Part shown: in pieces, positions 22,149 to 31,572 of the stretch
Numbering within the stretch: position 1 is the first letter of the stretch
Layout: each line of letters opens with the position of its first letter
DNA from: a virus
Virus record (IMG/VR): IMGVR_UViG_3300034101_003783
Location: 1 to 64,000 of that record
DNA length: 64,000 nt
Direction: 5' to 3' (one strand)
The notes under the pieces: model-generated
What the model was told of the DNA's origin: nothing
The model's database searches: none
Seen by the model: only the letters and a program-made list of their open reading frames with translations
Made by a program: the position numbers and the translations under genes

Positions 22149-22878
22149 AGTCAACCCCAAACGTTATCGAGGTCGACACGTTTTCTCCTGACGGGGCTAT
22201 TGCATTTAATGTTAAGTCCAACCCTGGTTCATTTTCTGATATAAATTTTTTAATATGTTTAGAATCCATTATTGGCATATTTTGTACAAATTCAATAATT
22301 TTACCTTTATCTGTCTCACCATTTAATTCAACAATTTGTTCTTGTAATGTCCATATTGTTGTTGGCGCCACCCTACCTTTAGGGTAACTTGATTCCATAT
22401 TTGTTATTTTTGTTTTTTCACCCAAATTTAAAAGTTTAAGTTTAACTTTAGCTCCACTTCTTGGTAATTCTGTATTAAACGTACCATCTTCATTAGGTGT
22501 TATCTTAGGTGTTTTAAAATTTATTTCATCAATAACAAATGAATGTTGGAACATTCTTCCTGTTGCGGGGTCCATTAAACTTAATGTGTATTCAGGACCA
22601 AAGGAAGTATTTCTAAGAAAAATTAATATTGCTTCAATGTCTCCATCCAATAACTCTTCAGGTTTTAATTCAGGTTCATATAATTTATTTCTTAATAGAG
22701 TGGTTAATAAGTTATTATTTTTAATTCCTGAGCTTAATATGTCTTCATCGGCTGCAGTTAAATAACCAACCTTTACACTAGATTTTTTATTTTTATAATA
22801 TAAACCTTTAGAGGGTAATTCAACCACATCGTGTGGTAAATTAAAATTCATTTGTCCATACAAAATTTCATTTTCCAT
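22123..22878 (-). CDS. Tail assembly chaperone / T4 gp26-like hub assembly protein (likely start MENEILYG at 22878)
   Basis: VELPSKG..Y, LTAADEDIL, GD..AILIFLRNTSFG..Y, duplicated ELP.SG half, FFRPF end; the ORF-track start 22947 lies inside a terminator hairpin. Confidence 0.75.
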   Translation of the reverse strand: MENEILYGQMNFNLPHDVVELPSKGLYYKNKKSSVKVGYLTAADEDILSSGIKNNNLLTTLLRNKLYEPELKPEELLDGDIEAILIFLRNTSFGPEYTLSLMDPATGRMFQHSFVIDEINFKTPKITPNEDGTFNTELPRSGAKVKLKLLNLGEKTKITNMESSYPKGRVAPTTIWTLQEQIVELNGETDKGKIIEFVQNMPIMDSKHIKKFISENEPGLDLTLNAIAPSGENVSTSITFGVDFFRPFFNV

Positions 22879-22926
22879 AATTTGTTTTATTATAAAAATA
22901 CTTTTAAAAAGTTTTTTGTAAATAAA

Positions 22927-22955
22927 AATCCATATTGTACATGACAATATGGATT
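22927..22955 (-). terminator. Rho-independent terminator after the tail tube gene
   Basis: aatccatattgt / acaatatggatt 12-bp stem, followed by a T-run on the minus strand. Confidence 0.75.
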
Positions 22956-22981
22956 AAAATTATTATATTAATAAAGTTTAA

Positions 22982-23470
22982 TTAGTAAACTAGAATCGCT
23001 CTATCCATTTTAAGTGTAATGGAAACCTCAGCAGGACCGTCAGTTCCATACCCTACAGAACCAAAGTCAGCACTTGTCGGAAATGCATTTACCAAAATCC
23101 ATCTTTCGATAACAACTCCTGTTGGATCTAACATTTCTAAATCAACGTTTCTTTTGTACCCTGCGGCATAACCCATACGACCTGTTACTGATTCAGCAAC
23201 CAATCTAACCCATTCCATAACCGCTTGAGTTGTAGAAGGACCGATAGGGTCTAACATTTTAACTGTAATATCCCCCCATGTAAATGAACCTGCAACATAA
23301 GTTTCTGTGTTAAGAAATTTAATGTTATTAGATGTTATTGTAATTTTAGGTCTTGACGCTGTTTGAACGAACCATTCATTGATACCCAAATCTGTAGGAA
23401 ACCTCAAGATAAATCGGTTCTGTTTTTTTGGTTCATACGGTATGGGCATTTTCATTAAAAGATCTGCCAT
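22982..23470 (-). CDS. Tail tube protein (T4 gp19-like)
   Basis: YEPKKQNRF, ASRPKI, W.DIT...DPI, LDPTG.V.ERW.L..AFPT...FG. Confidence 0.88.
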   Translation of the reverse strand: MADLLMKMPIPYEPKKQNRFILRFPTDLGINEWFVQTASRPKITITSNNIKFLNTETYVAGSFTWGDITVKMLDPIGPSTTQAVMEWVRLVAESVTGRMGYAAGYKRNVDLEMLDPTGVVIERWILVNAFPTSADFGSVGYGTDGPAEVSITLKMDRAILVY

Positions 23471-23509
23471 GTTTTCTATTTTTTAGTTTTAGTTTATTTT
23501 TATTTTATT

Positions 23510-23516
23510 ATAAATA
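23510..23516 (-). promoter_or_regulatory. TATTTAT element upstream of the tail tube gene
   Basis: ataaata on the + strand, 40 nt upstream of the start. Confidence 0.55.
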
Positions 23517-23555
23517 TACGATAGAAAAAATTTTTCTATTTACTTCCATCTTTTT

Positions 23556-24458
23556 TTAAAATATTCTTATACTAGACCGGTTTTCATATAATCTTTTTTC
23601 TCCTCCTTTAGTATAATAAACATTTAATTTTTTACCTATATCTGAAAATCTATTTTTAATTGATCTAACATTTCTTTCATCATCATCTGAAAAACCAAAT
23701 GAAGGTTCTTTGAATTTAAATAATCCACTACCTATTGAATTTTTTCCAGTGTCTACGTGATTTACAAATTGAGCTTTTTGGAATTTTTTAGATGACCTAC
23801 TCATTCTGTTGTAAAATCTTAATAACTCATTATATTTTTCTTCTTCAGGGTTAGCAGCAGATCCTTTTCCATAAGATACGGGAGAAAACTGACATCTGTC
23901 CAAGTAATCGTTTATTAACCAATTTTCATTTTCCACTTGTTTTAATCCTGCCAATCTTCTGTATTCTTTTAAATTTCTAACCAACTCACTTTTTTCAATA
24001 CCATGCATATTATTTTCTATAATATGTCTTACCGCCTTTTTAAGAGCCGCTGGGGAATGACCTCTTGCTGTTATGATGGCAAAAACGGAACCATTATTAA
24101 TTGCTTCTTTAAAATCATTCCATACTTCTTCAGATGCGATAGGGGCGTATTTTATATCTTCTAAAAATTTTCTATCTCCTGTAACATTAAAATCTCTAAA
24201 AGGATCCTTATCAAAACTTACTATGGTATGTCCTTCATAATCAAAAGGTTCGGAACCTATATATGTTCTATATTCGGCAAAATCTTCAGTATTCATACCA
24301 ATAACATCACCATCTTCGTCCTTAAGGTATATTAAAGTTGGCATTTGCATTAAATTATCATCCCAGTCAAATGCGTAATATTTAGAAGCGTATTGTGTAT
24401 TTTTCTCATCAACTACCTCTTTAATTATTTTTTTAACTAAAAATTTATAATAATTCAT
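23556..24458 (-). CDS. HAD-superfamily-like protein
   Basis: AFDWDDNL (motif I), IITARG (motif II), K, FSDDD..N (motif IV). Confidence 0.6.
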   Translation of the reverse strand: MNYYKFLVKKIIKEVVDEKNTQYASKYYAFDWDDNLMQMPTLIYLKDEDGDVIGMNTEDFAEYRTYIGSEPFDYEGHTIVSFDKDPFRDFNVTGDRKFLEDIKYAPIASEEVWNDFKEAINNGSVFAIITARGHSPAALKKAVRHIIENNMHGIEKSELVRNLKEYRRLAGLKQVENENWLINDYLDRCQFSPVSYGKGSAANPEEEKYNELLRFYNRMSRSSKKFQKAQFVNHVDTGKNSIGSGLFKFKEPSFGFSDDDERNVRSIKNRFSDIGKKLNVYYTKGGEKRLYENRSSIRIF

Positions 24459-24482
24459 ATCATATAAATATATTAATGTTAT

Positions 24483-24511
24483 AAAAAAAAAGAGGGAATA
24501 AATCCCTCTTT
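24483..24511 (-). terminator. Rho-independent terminator after the tail sheath gene
   Basis: aaagaggga / tccctcttt stem with a poly-T tail on the minus strand. Confidence 0.8.
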
Positions 24512-24531
24512 AACTTTTAATTTAGATTTTA

Positions 24532-27500
24532 TCACACATCTTCAAAAGAAGCTCCTGTTGGTGTGATGTAGAAAGTAATATCAATAAATTCTAAAGACCT
24601 TGTTGGTTTTATATAGATTTTACCTGTTAATTGGTTTCTATCTAAATCTTCAGGATCACTTGATACCGTTACTCTAAAGTCATATAAACCTCTATCTCTT
24701 CTAATTCCATCTAAAATTGGATTGACTGCATTTAAGAAATCTTGTCTTACTTTCTCATCATTTTGATCAAACAACAATCTTACTGAAACCGCTGAAATTA
24801 GTTTTCTTGCTTGTAATAATAATCTTCTTACGTTGATTCTATCAAGAGCCGATTGTCTAACTTGTAAAGTTTTATTACCCCATATTACAGTACCAACATC
24901 AGAGAAAGTGGCAATTGGGTTAATTCTTCCAAGGTAAAGAACGTCTCTATCTTCTTGAGTTAACTTCTTACGTGCTTTAATTGAGTTTACAATACCACGA
25001 GTGTAACCTGCCGCCGCAAACCAAGGGAAAGCAATATTATCTGTAAGTGCTAAGTTTCTTGTAACTTCAGCTGTCGGTGGTAAATAAATTTGAGTATTAT
25101 TTACACTATCACGAGTTAAAACCCAAGGATAATAAGTTGCGGTGTAGTTTGAGTCTATACCTGTTTCATCAAGATTATCAACCGCTTCTTGTGGATAAAT
25201 TAATCCATCAACTCCTGTTGTTGTAGGTAATAATAGGTTATAATCAGGTGTTGTTGTAATATACAATGAATCGGCTCTTTCATTTTCTATCATATCTATA
25301 GTTGCCTCAACTAAATCACTATTATTTACATAATCAATACCTGGTGTTGTAAATACATTAATGTTAACCGCCTCAGGATTAGCGAATGTTCTTATACCTA
25401 ATAAGTAAGCATAATAGTCAGTGTTTGCGTAATCTATTGTACCATCACCAACTGTTATTTGTTTAAACGCCCCCCATCCAATTGCCGATGGGTATCTTGT
25501 GGTTGCACAAGCTCCGTTAAGATATCCTGTTCTACCTAATTGGTATCTATCTGCGTTTGTTCTTCTTTCTCTGTATATATCCCATCCATCAAAACCTCCT
25601 TGTACTAATAAAGTAAATTTACGTGAAAATAATCTATAGTAAGAATTAGTCTCAACTGTTGGTTCACTACTAAAATCCGCATTGCCAACATAAAATCTTG
25701 GAGTACCGCTTGTTGCGAATGCGTTTGCGATTGTAATTCCACTTGCGTTTTTATCCATATGGAAACCTCTTGTTCTATATAACCAAGGAGATGAATCTGT
25801 CGCAAAACATATATTAGAAGGATTTCTCTTACCTTTATATTCGAAGAAACTTGGGTCATATCCATAATCACCGCTTGTAGAAAATCCTAAGAATGTTTTT
25901 CTAATATTATCACCTGAAGATAATCCAGCATCATCAGTGCCTGAAGGGGTACCAAATGGAGGATTGAAAACTAGTTCTCCCGGATAATCATATTTTGTTT
26001 TAAGAATTGGGAATGGTGATTTAGCTCCTGAATATTCTCTAAAGTTATAACCCTCAAAACCACAAGGTAACGAATCGATAGGGGCATCTTCATTCATCTC
26101 AACCATAACATATCTTGACCTTAATTCGTATTCACCATCTAATGTTCCTATTTTTTTAGCAATAAAACTATTTTCGTTTGGATTCATTGTACAGTTTGTA
26201 AATTTCTCAAGAACTACTGGATTTGAGTCTGTATCAAAATAATCTCTAATTAATACTGTAAATGTTTCATTAGCAAATGATATATCTGAAATTGATATTT
26301 TAATTTCAGTGTTTGCACTATTACCATCTGCTATTGTATAAAACTTAAATAAGTTAAAAACTTTAGAACCTCTTACTTCTGAAACCACCCACGGACTCTC
26401 TGGAGATTGGTATTTTTCTAAATACCACGCTATTGATGTAGGGTCTTCACTTTGAGCTTCAGGTAATGATATTAATTGACATTTTAAACCTCTAATATAA
26501 CCTTTATTATAAGACCATCTTAATAAGGATTGGAATCTTTCTTCAACAAATAAAGGAACTACATTTCTAGGTTTACCAAAGTTACTTGTACCAAAAACTT
26601 TTGTTAGATATTCTGAATCTGAATTAGCAAATGAAGTAACAAACGTAAAATTATTACCCAAATAATTAGTGGCGTTAATTGCAAATTTTGCAAAAGGATT
26701 TTTAAGTACATCAACATACTGACCTGAACAATCAATATTTACATCTGTTAATCCTGTTATTTCATATCTTGGGTTAACATCATCACTATAATCGGCAACA
26801 CCTCTTGATCTTAATGTTGCGACAACCATATCATCATATTGTGTGTAAGAGTTACCGGTATAATAATAAATCATACCTATCATTGTCCCTGAATAACAAT
26901 CAAGAATAGTTGTTGTTGTAGTTGTTGTAGGTACAACAGGTGTTGGTGTAACACAAGGATTTGTTGTTGTACTTGTTGTTGTAGGTGCTGAAGTTGTTGT
27001 TGTAATAGGGTTTATTAATGTAAGTCCTGAAACTACAGACCAAAAAGAATAACCAGAATAATTACCATTACCAATATTTTCAAATAACGCATAATACCAT
27101 GTATCATTAAATGGTGATAAGTAATTAGTTAAAGTACTTGATGGTGATGGTACATCAAAAACATTAGTTGATGCGGTATAACCCGATGATAAAATATCAT
27201 AATCTTCACCATCTATTGTACCAAAATAAGCAATAGAAGTACTTTGTGATAATGGATTTAAAATTCTCTCATATGCAAATACTTGTAAATCATTTAACAA
27301 CGTTGATGTATTACCATTAAATTGTTCATATTCATTATTTATTATATTAGCAATTTCTTCAGGAAATGAACTACCGTCAAACCCAAACTCAACACTAGAT
27401 GAACTATTAGTACATCCCGTGAAATTTATTACAAATGGTAATGTTTTTGCTGATACACATATAGGTTCACAAGATCCTGAAGGAGTAACCTCACTTAAAC

Positions 27501-27873
27501 AATAAGGTTCTAATGTTGATGGGTCTAAATTTGCACTTGTTACTATAGACCAAGAAGGTCCCGCATCATAACCTGATAAACCTAAAACTCTTGTTACAAA
27601 AAGTTGATTTGATTGTTGTAAATAAGATTTAGCAATATATGCTGCTTCATATTTTGGTATTTGTGTATTAACAAATTTTTCAGGTGAAGTACCTCCAAAG
27701 TAAGATTGGAACTCATCATAATTCTTTATGAATATAGGTTCAAAAGCCGGTCCCTTTAAAGTTTCTCCAGCAATACCTAAAGTTGTAACACCAACACTTT
27801 GTGCTACAAAACTTAAATCTACTTCTGAAGTATAGACACCAGGTGAAACAAAAATTTTACTGTTAGTTGCCAT
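24532..27873 (-). CDS. Contractile tail sheath protein (gp18-like) with large insertions
   Basis: N-terminal SPGVYTSEVD; C-terminal YYPW, PWFAAAG.RG, INPI, WGNKTL, RINVRRL, KPTRSLEFIDITF. Confidence 0.95.
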   Translation of the reverse strand: MATNSKIFVSPGVYTSEVDLSFVAQSVGVTTLGIAGETLKGPAFEPIFIKNYDEFQSYFGGTSPEKFVNTQIPKYEAAYIAKSYLQQSNQLFVTRVLGLSGYDAGPSWSIVTSANLDPSTLEPYCLSEVTPSGSCEPICVSAKTLPFVINFTGCTNSSSSVEFGFDGSSFPEEIANIINNEYEQFNGNTSTLLNDLQVFAYERILNPLSQSTSIAYFGTIDGEDYDILSSGYTASTNVFDVPSPSSTLTNYLSPFNDTWYYALFENIGNGNYSGYSFWSVVSGLTLINPITTTTSAPTTTSTTTNPCVTPTPVVPTTTTTTTILDCYSGTMIGMIYYYTGNSYTQYDDMVVATLRSRGVADYSDDVNPRYEITGLTDVNIDCSGQYVDVLKNPFAKFAINATNYLGNNFTFVTSFANSDSEYLTKVFGTSNFGKPRNVVPLFVEERFQSLLRWSYNKGYIRGLKCQLISLPEAQSEDPTSIAWYLEKYQSPESPWVVSEVRGSKVFNLFKFYTIADGNSANTEIKISISDISFANETFTVLIRDYFDTDSNPVVLEKFTNCTMNPNENSFIAKKIGTLDGEYELRSRYVMVEMNEDAPIDSLPCGFEGYNFREYSGAKSPFPILKTKYDYPGELVFNPPFGTPSGTDDAGLSSGDNIRKTFLGFSTSGDYGYDPSFFEYKGKRNPSNICFATDSSPWLYRTRGFHMDKNASGITIANAFATSGTPRFYVGNADFSSEPTVETNSYYRLFSRKFTLLVQGGFDGWDIYRERRTNADRYQLGRTGYLNGACATTRYPSAIGWGAFKQITVGDGTIDYANTDYYAYLLGIRTFANPEAVNINVFTTPGIDYVNNSDLVEATIDMIENERADSLYITTTPDYNLLLPTTTGVDGLIYPQEAVDNLDETGIDSNYTATYYPWVLTRDSVNNTQIYLPPTAEVTRNLALTDNIAFPWFAAAGYTRGIVNSIKARKKLTQEDRDVLYLGRINPIATFSDVGTVIWGNKTLQVRQSALDRINVRRLLLQARKLISAVSVRLLFDQNDEKVRQDFLNAVNPILDGIRRDRGLYDFRVTVSSDPEDLDRNQLTGKIYIKPTRSLEFIDITFYITPTGASFEDV

Positions 27874-27911
27874 ATTTTTTTAATGTTAGTTTATTATAAT
27901 TTATTTTTTAT

Positions 27912-27918
27912 ATAAATA
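27912..27918 (-). promoter_or_regulatory. TATTTAT upstream element (putative late promoter) of the tail sheath gene
   Basis: Same heptamer lies ~5-45 nt upstream of many virion genes (see findings). Confidence 0.6.
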
Positions 27919-27997
27919 CTGGTGTTTTAAGCAAAAACTTTACTTATATAAAAGTATTTATATCTTGGTATGATTTTATTCTGCCTTTTTTCTACCT

Positions 27998-28162
27998 ATG
28001 AATAAAGAACCAAAAAAAATAAAAAACTTAAAGATTGATACTGAAGTTCATGAGATATTAAAAAAATATTGCGATAAAAGAGGTATCAAAATGTATAAAT
28101 TTTTAGAGAATCTAATAATTGAGAGATGTAAAGAAAAAAAGGATTTATACGGAGAAATTTAA
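27998..28162 (+). CDS. Small ribbon-helix-helix-like DNA-binding protein (not in ORF track)
   Basis: Manual translation MNKEPKKIKNLKIDTEVHEILKKYCDKRGIKMYKFLENLIIERCKEKKDLYGEI (54 aa); strand-helix-G-helix pattern. Confidence 0.7.
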   Translation: MNKEPKKIKNLKIDTEVHEILKKYCDKRGIKMYKFLENLIIERCKEKKDLYGEI

Positions 28163-29190
28163 ATTAATTTTTGTTGTAAAACTATCTTAGATTCTTTATT
28201 AAAATCATCTTTAACAATTTCAATTTTGATTATGTCACCAGTGTTTATTTGTATATCTATAATGTCATTACCATAAAAATCATCATTTATATAAATACTA
28301 TAAGAATCAATATTTTCAACGGTACTTATTTTCATATCTGAAGTAAAAAATATTTTATCGGTAAAACTATTATTACCTATTTTATAGTTAAAGGTTAAAT
28401 CTAACGGTAATTCATTATTTTTTTTAGGTTTTTTCTTTTTAATTTGACTATCTGTTTCATAAACTTGCATAGTTCTTACTATAGCTGGTTGTACAACAAA
28501 ATCATCCTCATCTAATAAAAATCCCTGTAATGTCATCGGATATTTTTGTATATAGTATTTTCTTTTTTCTAAATCCAAAACAGATTCATCGGCAACGTCT
28601 CCCATTATTATTGGAATATAATGTCCTTTAATTTTTTGATATGCTTGTCTTGAAGCAAAAGTCTCCATTATTACTTTATTAAATTCATTAATTTCTCTCA
28701 TTCTGTTACAAATTATTATTACCGTATAGTTTATTTGTACAGGAATTGGTTGAGGGATTTTATATATATCCATACCGTGTCTTTGACCATCCCATGTTGG
28801 AACTTGTGCGTAATGGTATAATTTTCTATTTGGTATATTATATTTAATTTGTGGGTCACCAAATTTTACTTCAGGTTGTCTTACTACTGTAACAAATGGG
28901 GGTTCGGCATTTTTGTCTATGTTTTGAAAATTCCATGTTTCGGTAAATTGAGACCAATTTTGCGTTGTTACTAAAATATCAACAATAGATATTTTTTTAC
29001 CCTCAATTGATATTGAGAAATTATCTTTTACAAAATCTAAAAATCCTTTATCTAGATCGGCATGTAATAATCCTTTAGGTAAAAATGTACCTTTATCGGC
29101 AATCATGTCGGCCAATTGGTGTCTTCTTTCTAATGGATTTACACCCACTTCTAAAGGTATATATTTTTTTATTTTTTTAGGTAATCCCAT
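28159..29190 (-). CDS. Tail terminator / completion protein (gp15-like)
   Basis: PF.TV.R, IPQPIPVQINYTV, E.R.Y......L.G pattern; between neck and sheath genes. Confidence 0.55.
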   Translation of the reverse strand: MGLPKKIKKYIPLEVGVNPLERRHQLADMIADKGTFLPKGLLHADLDKGFLDFVKDNFSISIEGKKISIVDILVTTQNWSQFTETWNFQNIDKNAEPPFVTVVRQPEVKFGDPQIKYNIPNRKLYHYAQVPTWDGQRHGMDIYKIPQPIPVQINYTVIIICNRMREINEFNKVIMETFASRQAYQKIKGHYIPIIMGDVADESVLDLEKRKYYIQKYPMTLQGFLLDEDDFVVQPAIVRTMQVYETDSQIKKKKPKKNNELPLDLTFNYKIGNNSFTDKIFFTSDMKISTVENIDSYSIYINDDFYGNDIIDIQINTGDIIKIEIVKDDFNKESKIVLQQKLI

Positions 29191-29201
29191 AATATATTAT
29201 T

Positions 29202-29714
29202 TTATAATCCTCTAAATTCATTAGAAGTGACCGGCGCGGCAATTATTGTTCTATAAAAAGGTCTAAATCCTTTATATGTGTGTTTTATATCTGATATAAC
29301 ACGACCATCATTCACAACTGTATAATATCTAACAAAATTTTCTGTATCGTAATACCCAATATAATCCCCAAAACTAATATCAATATTTAATTCCTCCAAA
29401 GTTTTTAAATAAACAGAGATTGTAATATTACCCGCTTCAATTTGATCTATTCTTGTAGATCCCATGAACTTATTTTCAGGTGCGGCAATAGCAACATAGG
29501 CGTTAAATTCTACAGGAGGTAAAAAATTTATACTATCTGAAGTAGTCTCACCATAAACATCATCTGTTTTTGTTTTAGCTCTATCCACCCTATAAAGAAC
29601 ACAAGTATAATTCATGTCACCATATAACCACTCTTGACCCATAGAAATTTCAAGAGAAAAGTCCTTATCCCCAAAAAATTTTCCTAATCTTGTAATAGGT
29701 ACTTTATTACTCAT
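29202..29714 (-). CDS. Neck / head-closure protein (gp14-like)
   Basis: LYRVD...T..DDVYGE, F.PPVE, L.ELNIDI..GD pattern. Confidence 0.6.
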   Translation of the reverse strand: MSNKVPITRLGKFFGDKDFSLEISMGQEWLYGDMNYTCVLYRVDRAKTKTDDVYGETTSDSINFLPPVEFNAYVAIAAPENKFMGSTRIDQIEAGNITISVYLKTLEELNIDISFGDYIGYYDTENFVRYYTVVNDGRVISDIKHTYKGFRPFYRTIIAAPVTSNEFRGL

Positions 29715-29769
29715 TTAAATGTTTTATTGATAAATATCTTTTTTTTTCTTATTTTTATAAAAAAAGGTT

Positions 29770-31533
29770 TTGTCTACTAATAAACAATTAATAGAACATC
29801 AAGCATTAGAACTTTTGGGCACATATAGTGGAGCCAATAATCATATATTATATATTAAATCTAAAAAAGAATCTAACAAAAAATTCTACCCAACAAGAAC
29901 ACAGTCAGAATATATAATTAATTATTACAATACACAACCAAAAGTTGCAAGAAGATGGGTTGATTTAGATACTTATTTTGCTAAAAAATTTTCTGAAGAA
30001 AGATATCTTTTAAAAGTTCCTGAAAAAATCTATGTTGAAAAATTATTAGTTGAGAAAGAAAAGTCTTACCATATTTGGGGTAAATTTTTTGATAATGATC
30101 CTTTGTCTGAATTTTGGGTACCAAAATCTGCATTAATTAAATCACACACAATAGAAGAAGTAAAAATAGATTATTCTAAATACGGGCACAGACCCCCGCT
30201 TTCACACCAAAAGGAAGCAATAGAAAAATTGGTTGGGTCAAGAAGGTTTATTTTGGCCGATGACATGGGTCTTGGTAAAACTACCTCAACAATAATTGCG
30301 GCTTTAGAGACAGGTGCAAAAAAAATATTAATTATATGTCCAGCTTCTCTTAAAATAAATTGGGAGAGAGAAATTGCAAATTATTCAGATAGAAGTTGTT
30401 TCATTGCGGAAGGGAAAAAGTATTCTACAGAATCGGATTTTGTTATAGTTAATTATGACATATTAAAGAATTTTCATGACCCTAAAGATTTAGAAAAATC
30501 ACTTCTTAATAAATCTAATTTTGAGTTGGTTATATTGGATGAAGCTCATATGGTTTCTAATGCTCAAGCCCAAAGAACAAAAATTATTAACAGTTTTGTT
30601 AAAAAAATTAAAAGAGTATGGTTATTAACCGGTACTCCGATGACATCAAGACCTATAAATTATTATAACCTTTTAAATATAATTGAAAGTCCTGTTGCTC
30701 AAAATTGGATGGCCTACGCTATAAGGTACTGTCAAGGATATCAATTTAATGCCGGTAAACGTAAGGTATGGAATGTCACGGGAGCATCTAACTTAGAAGA
30801 ATTAAAGGATAGAACATCTAAACAAATTTTAAGAAGATTAAAAGAAGAAGTTTTAGATTTACCTGATAAAATCATTACTCCGGTATATTTAAGACTAAAG
30901 TCAAAAGAATATGAAGAATTAATGGGAGAATATTATGATTGGTTTGATAAAAACCCAAACGAGTCTTCTTCACTTACAGTACAGTTCTCAAAACTAATGA
31001 AAGTTAGAAAAGTAATTGCAAATGAAAAATCAAAACAAACAATAGAATTTGCTGAAAATATTTTAGAACAAGGTAAAAAAGTTATTATATTTACAAACTT
31101 TACAGATACGTTACAAACAATATATCAACACTTTGGTAAACAAGCGGTTTATTTAGATGGAAGTTGTAATAAAGTACAAAGACAATATGCTGTAGACCAA
31201 TTTCAAGAAAACGATAAAATAAAAGTTTTTGTCGGTAATTTAAAAGCGGCAGGAGTTGGTTTAACTTTAACATCAGCGGAGGCTGTAATAATGAACGATC
31301 TATCATTTGTACCCGCAGAACATTCACAAGCGGAAGATAGAGCTTATAGATATGGTCAAAAAAATAACGTATTAGTATATTACCCATTATTTGATAATAC
31401 AATTGAAGGTGCTATCTATGATATACTAAACCACAAGAAAAAAATAATAGGAACAGTAATGGGAGATGAAATTTCTGAAAATGTTGGTGATGTTGTTGAA
31501 GAGATTTTAAACCTTATTAATAAAAGAAGATAA
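29770..31533 (+). CDS. SNF2-family helicase/translocase (SMARCAL1/HARP-like)
   Basis: LADDMGLGKT, DEAH, LTGTP, LRRLK, GVGLTL, QAEDRAYRYGQ. Confidence 0.93.
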   Translation: MSTNKQLIEHQALELLGTYSGANNHILYIKSKKESNKKFYPTRTQSEYIINYYNTQPKVARRWVDLDTYFAKKFSEERYLLKVPEKIYVEKLLVEKEKSYHIWGKFFDNDPLSEFWVPKSALIKSHTIEEVKIDYSKYGHRPPLSHQKEAIEKLVGSRRFILADDMGLGKTTSTIIAALETGAKKILIICPASLKINWEREIANYSDRSCFIAEGKKYSTESDFVIVNYDILKNFHDPKDLEKSLLNKSNFELVILDEAHMVSNAQAQRTKIINSFVKKIKRVWLLTGTPMTSRPINYYNLLNIIESPVAQNWMAYAIRYCQGYQFNAGKRKVWNVTGASNLEELKDRTSKQILRRLKEEVLDLPDKIITPVYLRLKSKEYEELMGEYYDWFDKNPNESSSLTVQFSKLMKVRKVIANEKSKQTIEFAENILEQGKKVIIFTNFTDTLQTIYQHFGKQAVYLDGSCNKVQRQYAVDQFQENDKIKVFVGNLKAAGVGLTLTSAEAVIMNDLSFVPAEHSQAEDRAYRYGQKNNVLVYYPLFDNTIEGAIYDILNHKKKIIGTVMGDEISENVGDVVEEILNLINKRR

Positions 31534-31572
31534 TTTTTTTTAAAATATAATATATTTATTAATAAAAAAATT

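Noticed and set aside
22100-22150. Canonical -1 frameshift in the tail chaperone
   Set aside because: The -1 frame reaches TAG after about 13 codons; only the +1/-2 frame gives a full extension
22879-22947. ORF-track N-terminal extension of the chaperone (likewise PolB 38877-38909 and GH 62809-62835)
   Set aside because: These overlap a terminator hairpin, a leader or the upstream gene; downstream ATGs have better A-rich contexts
23521-23539. atagaaaaa/tttttctat palindrome upstream of the tube gene
   Set aside because: Almost entirely A/T with a minimal loop; cannot be told apart from chance in this composition
22982-27873. Bacterial contractile injection system or tailocin instead of a phage
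   Set aside because: Neck proteins and a full phage-type replication set (PolB, helicase, SSB, recombinase, RNR) with no bacterial housekeeping genes indicate a phage genome
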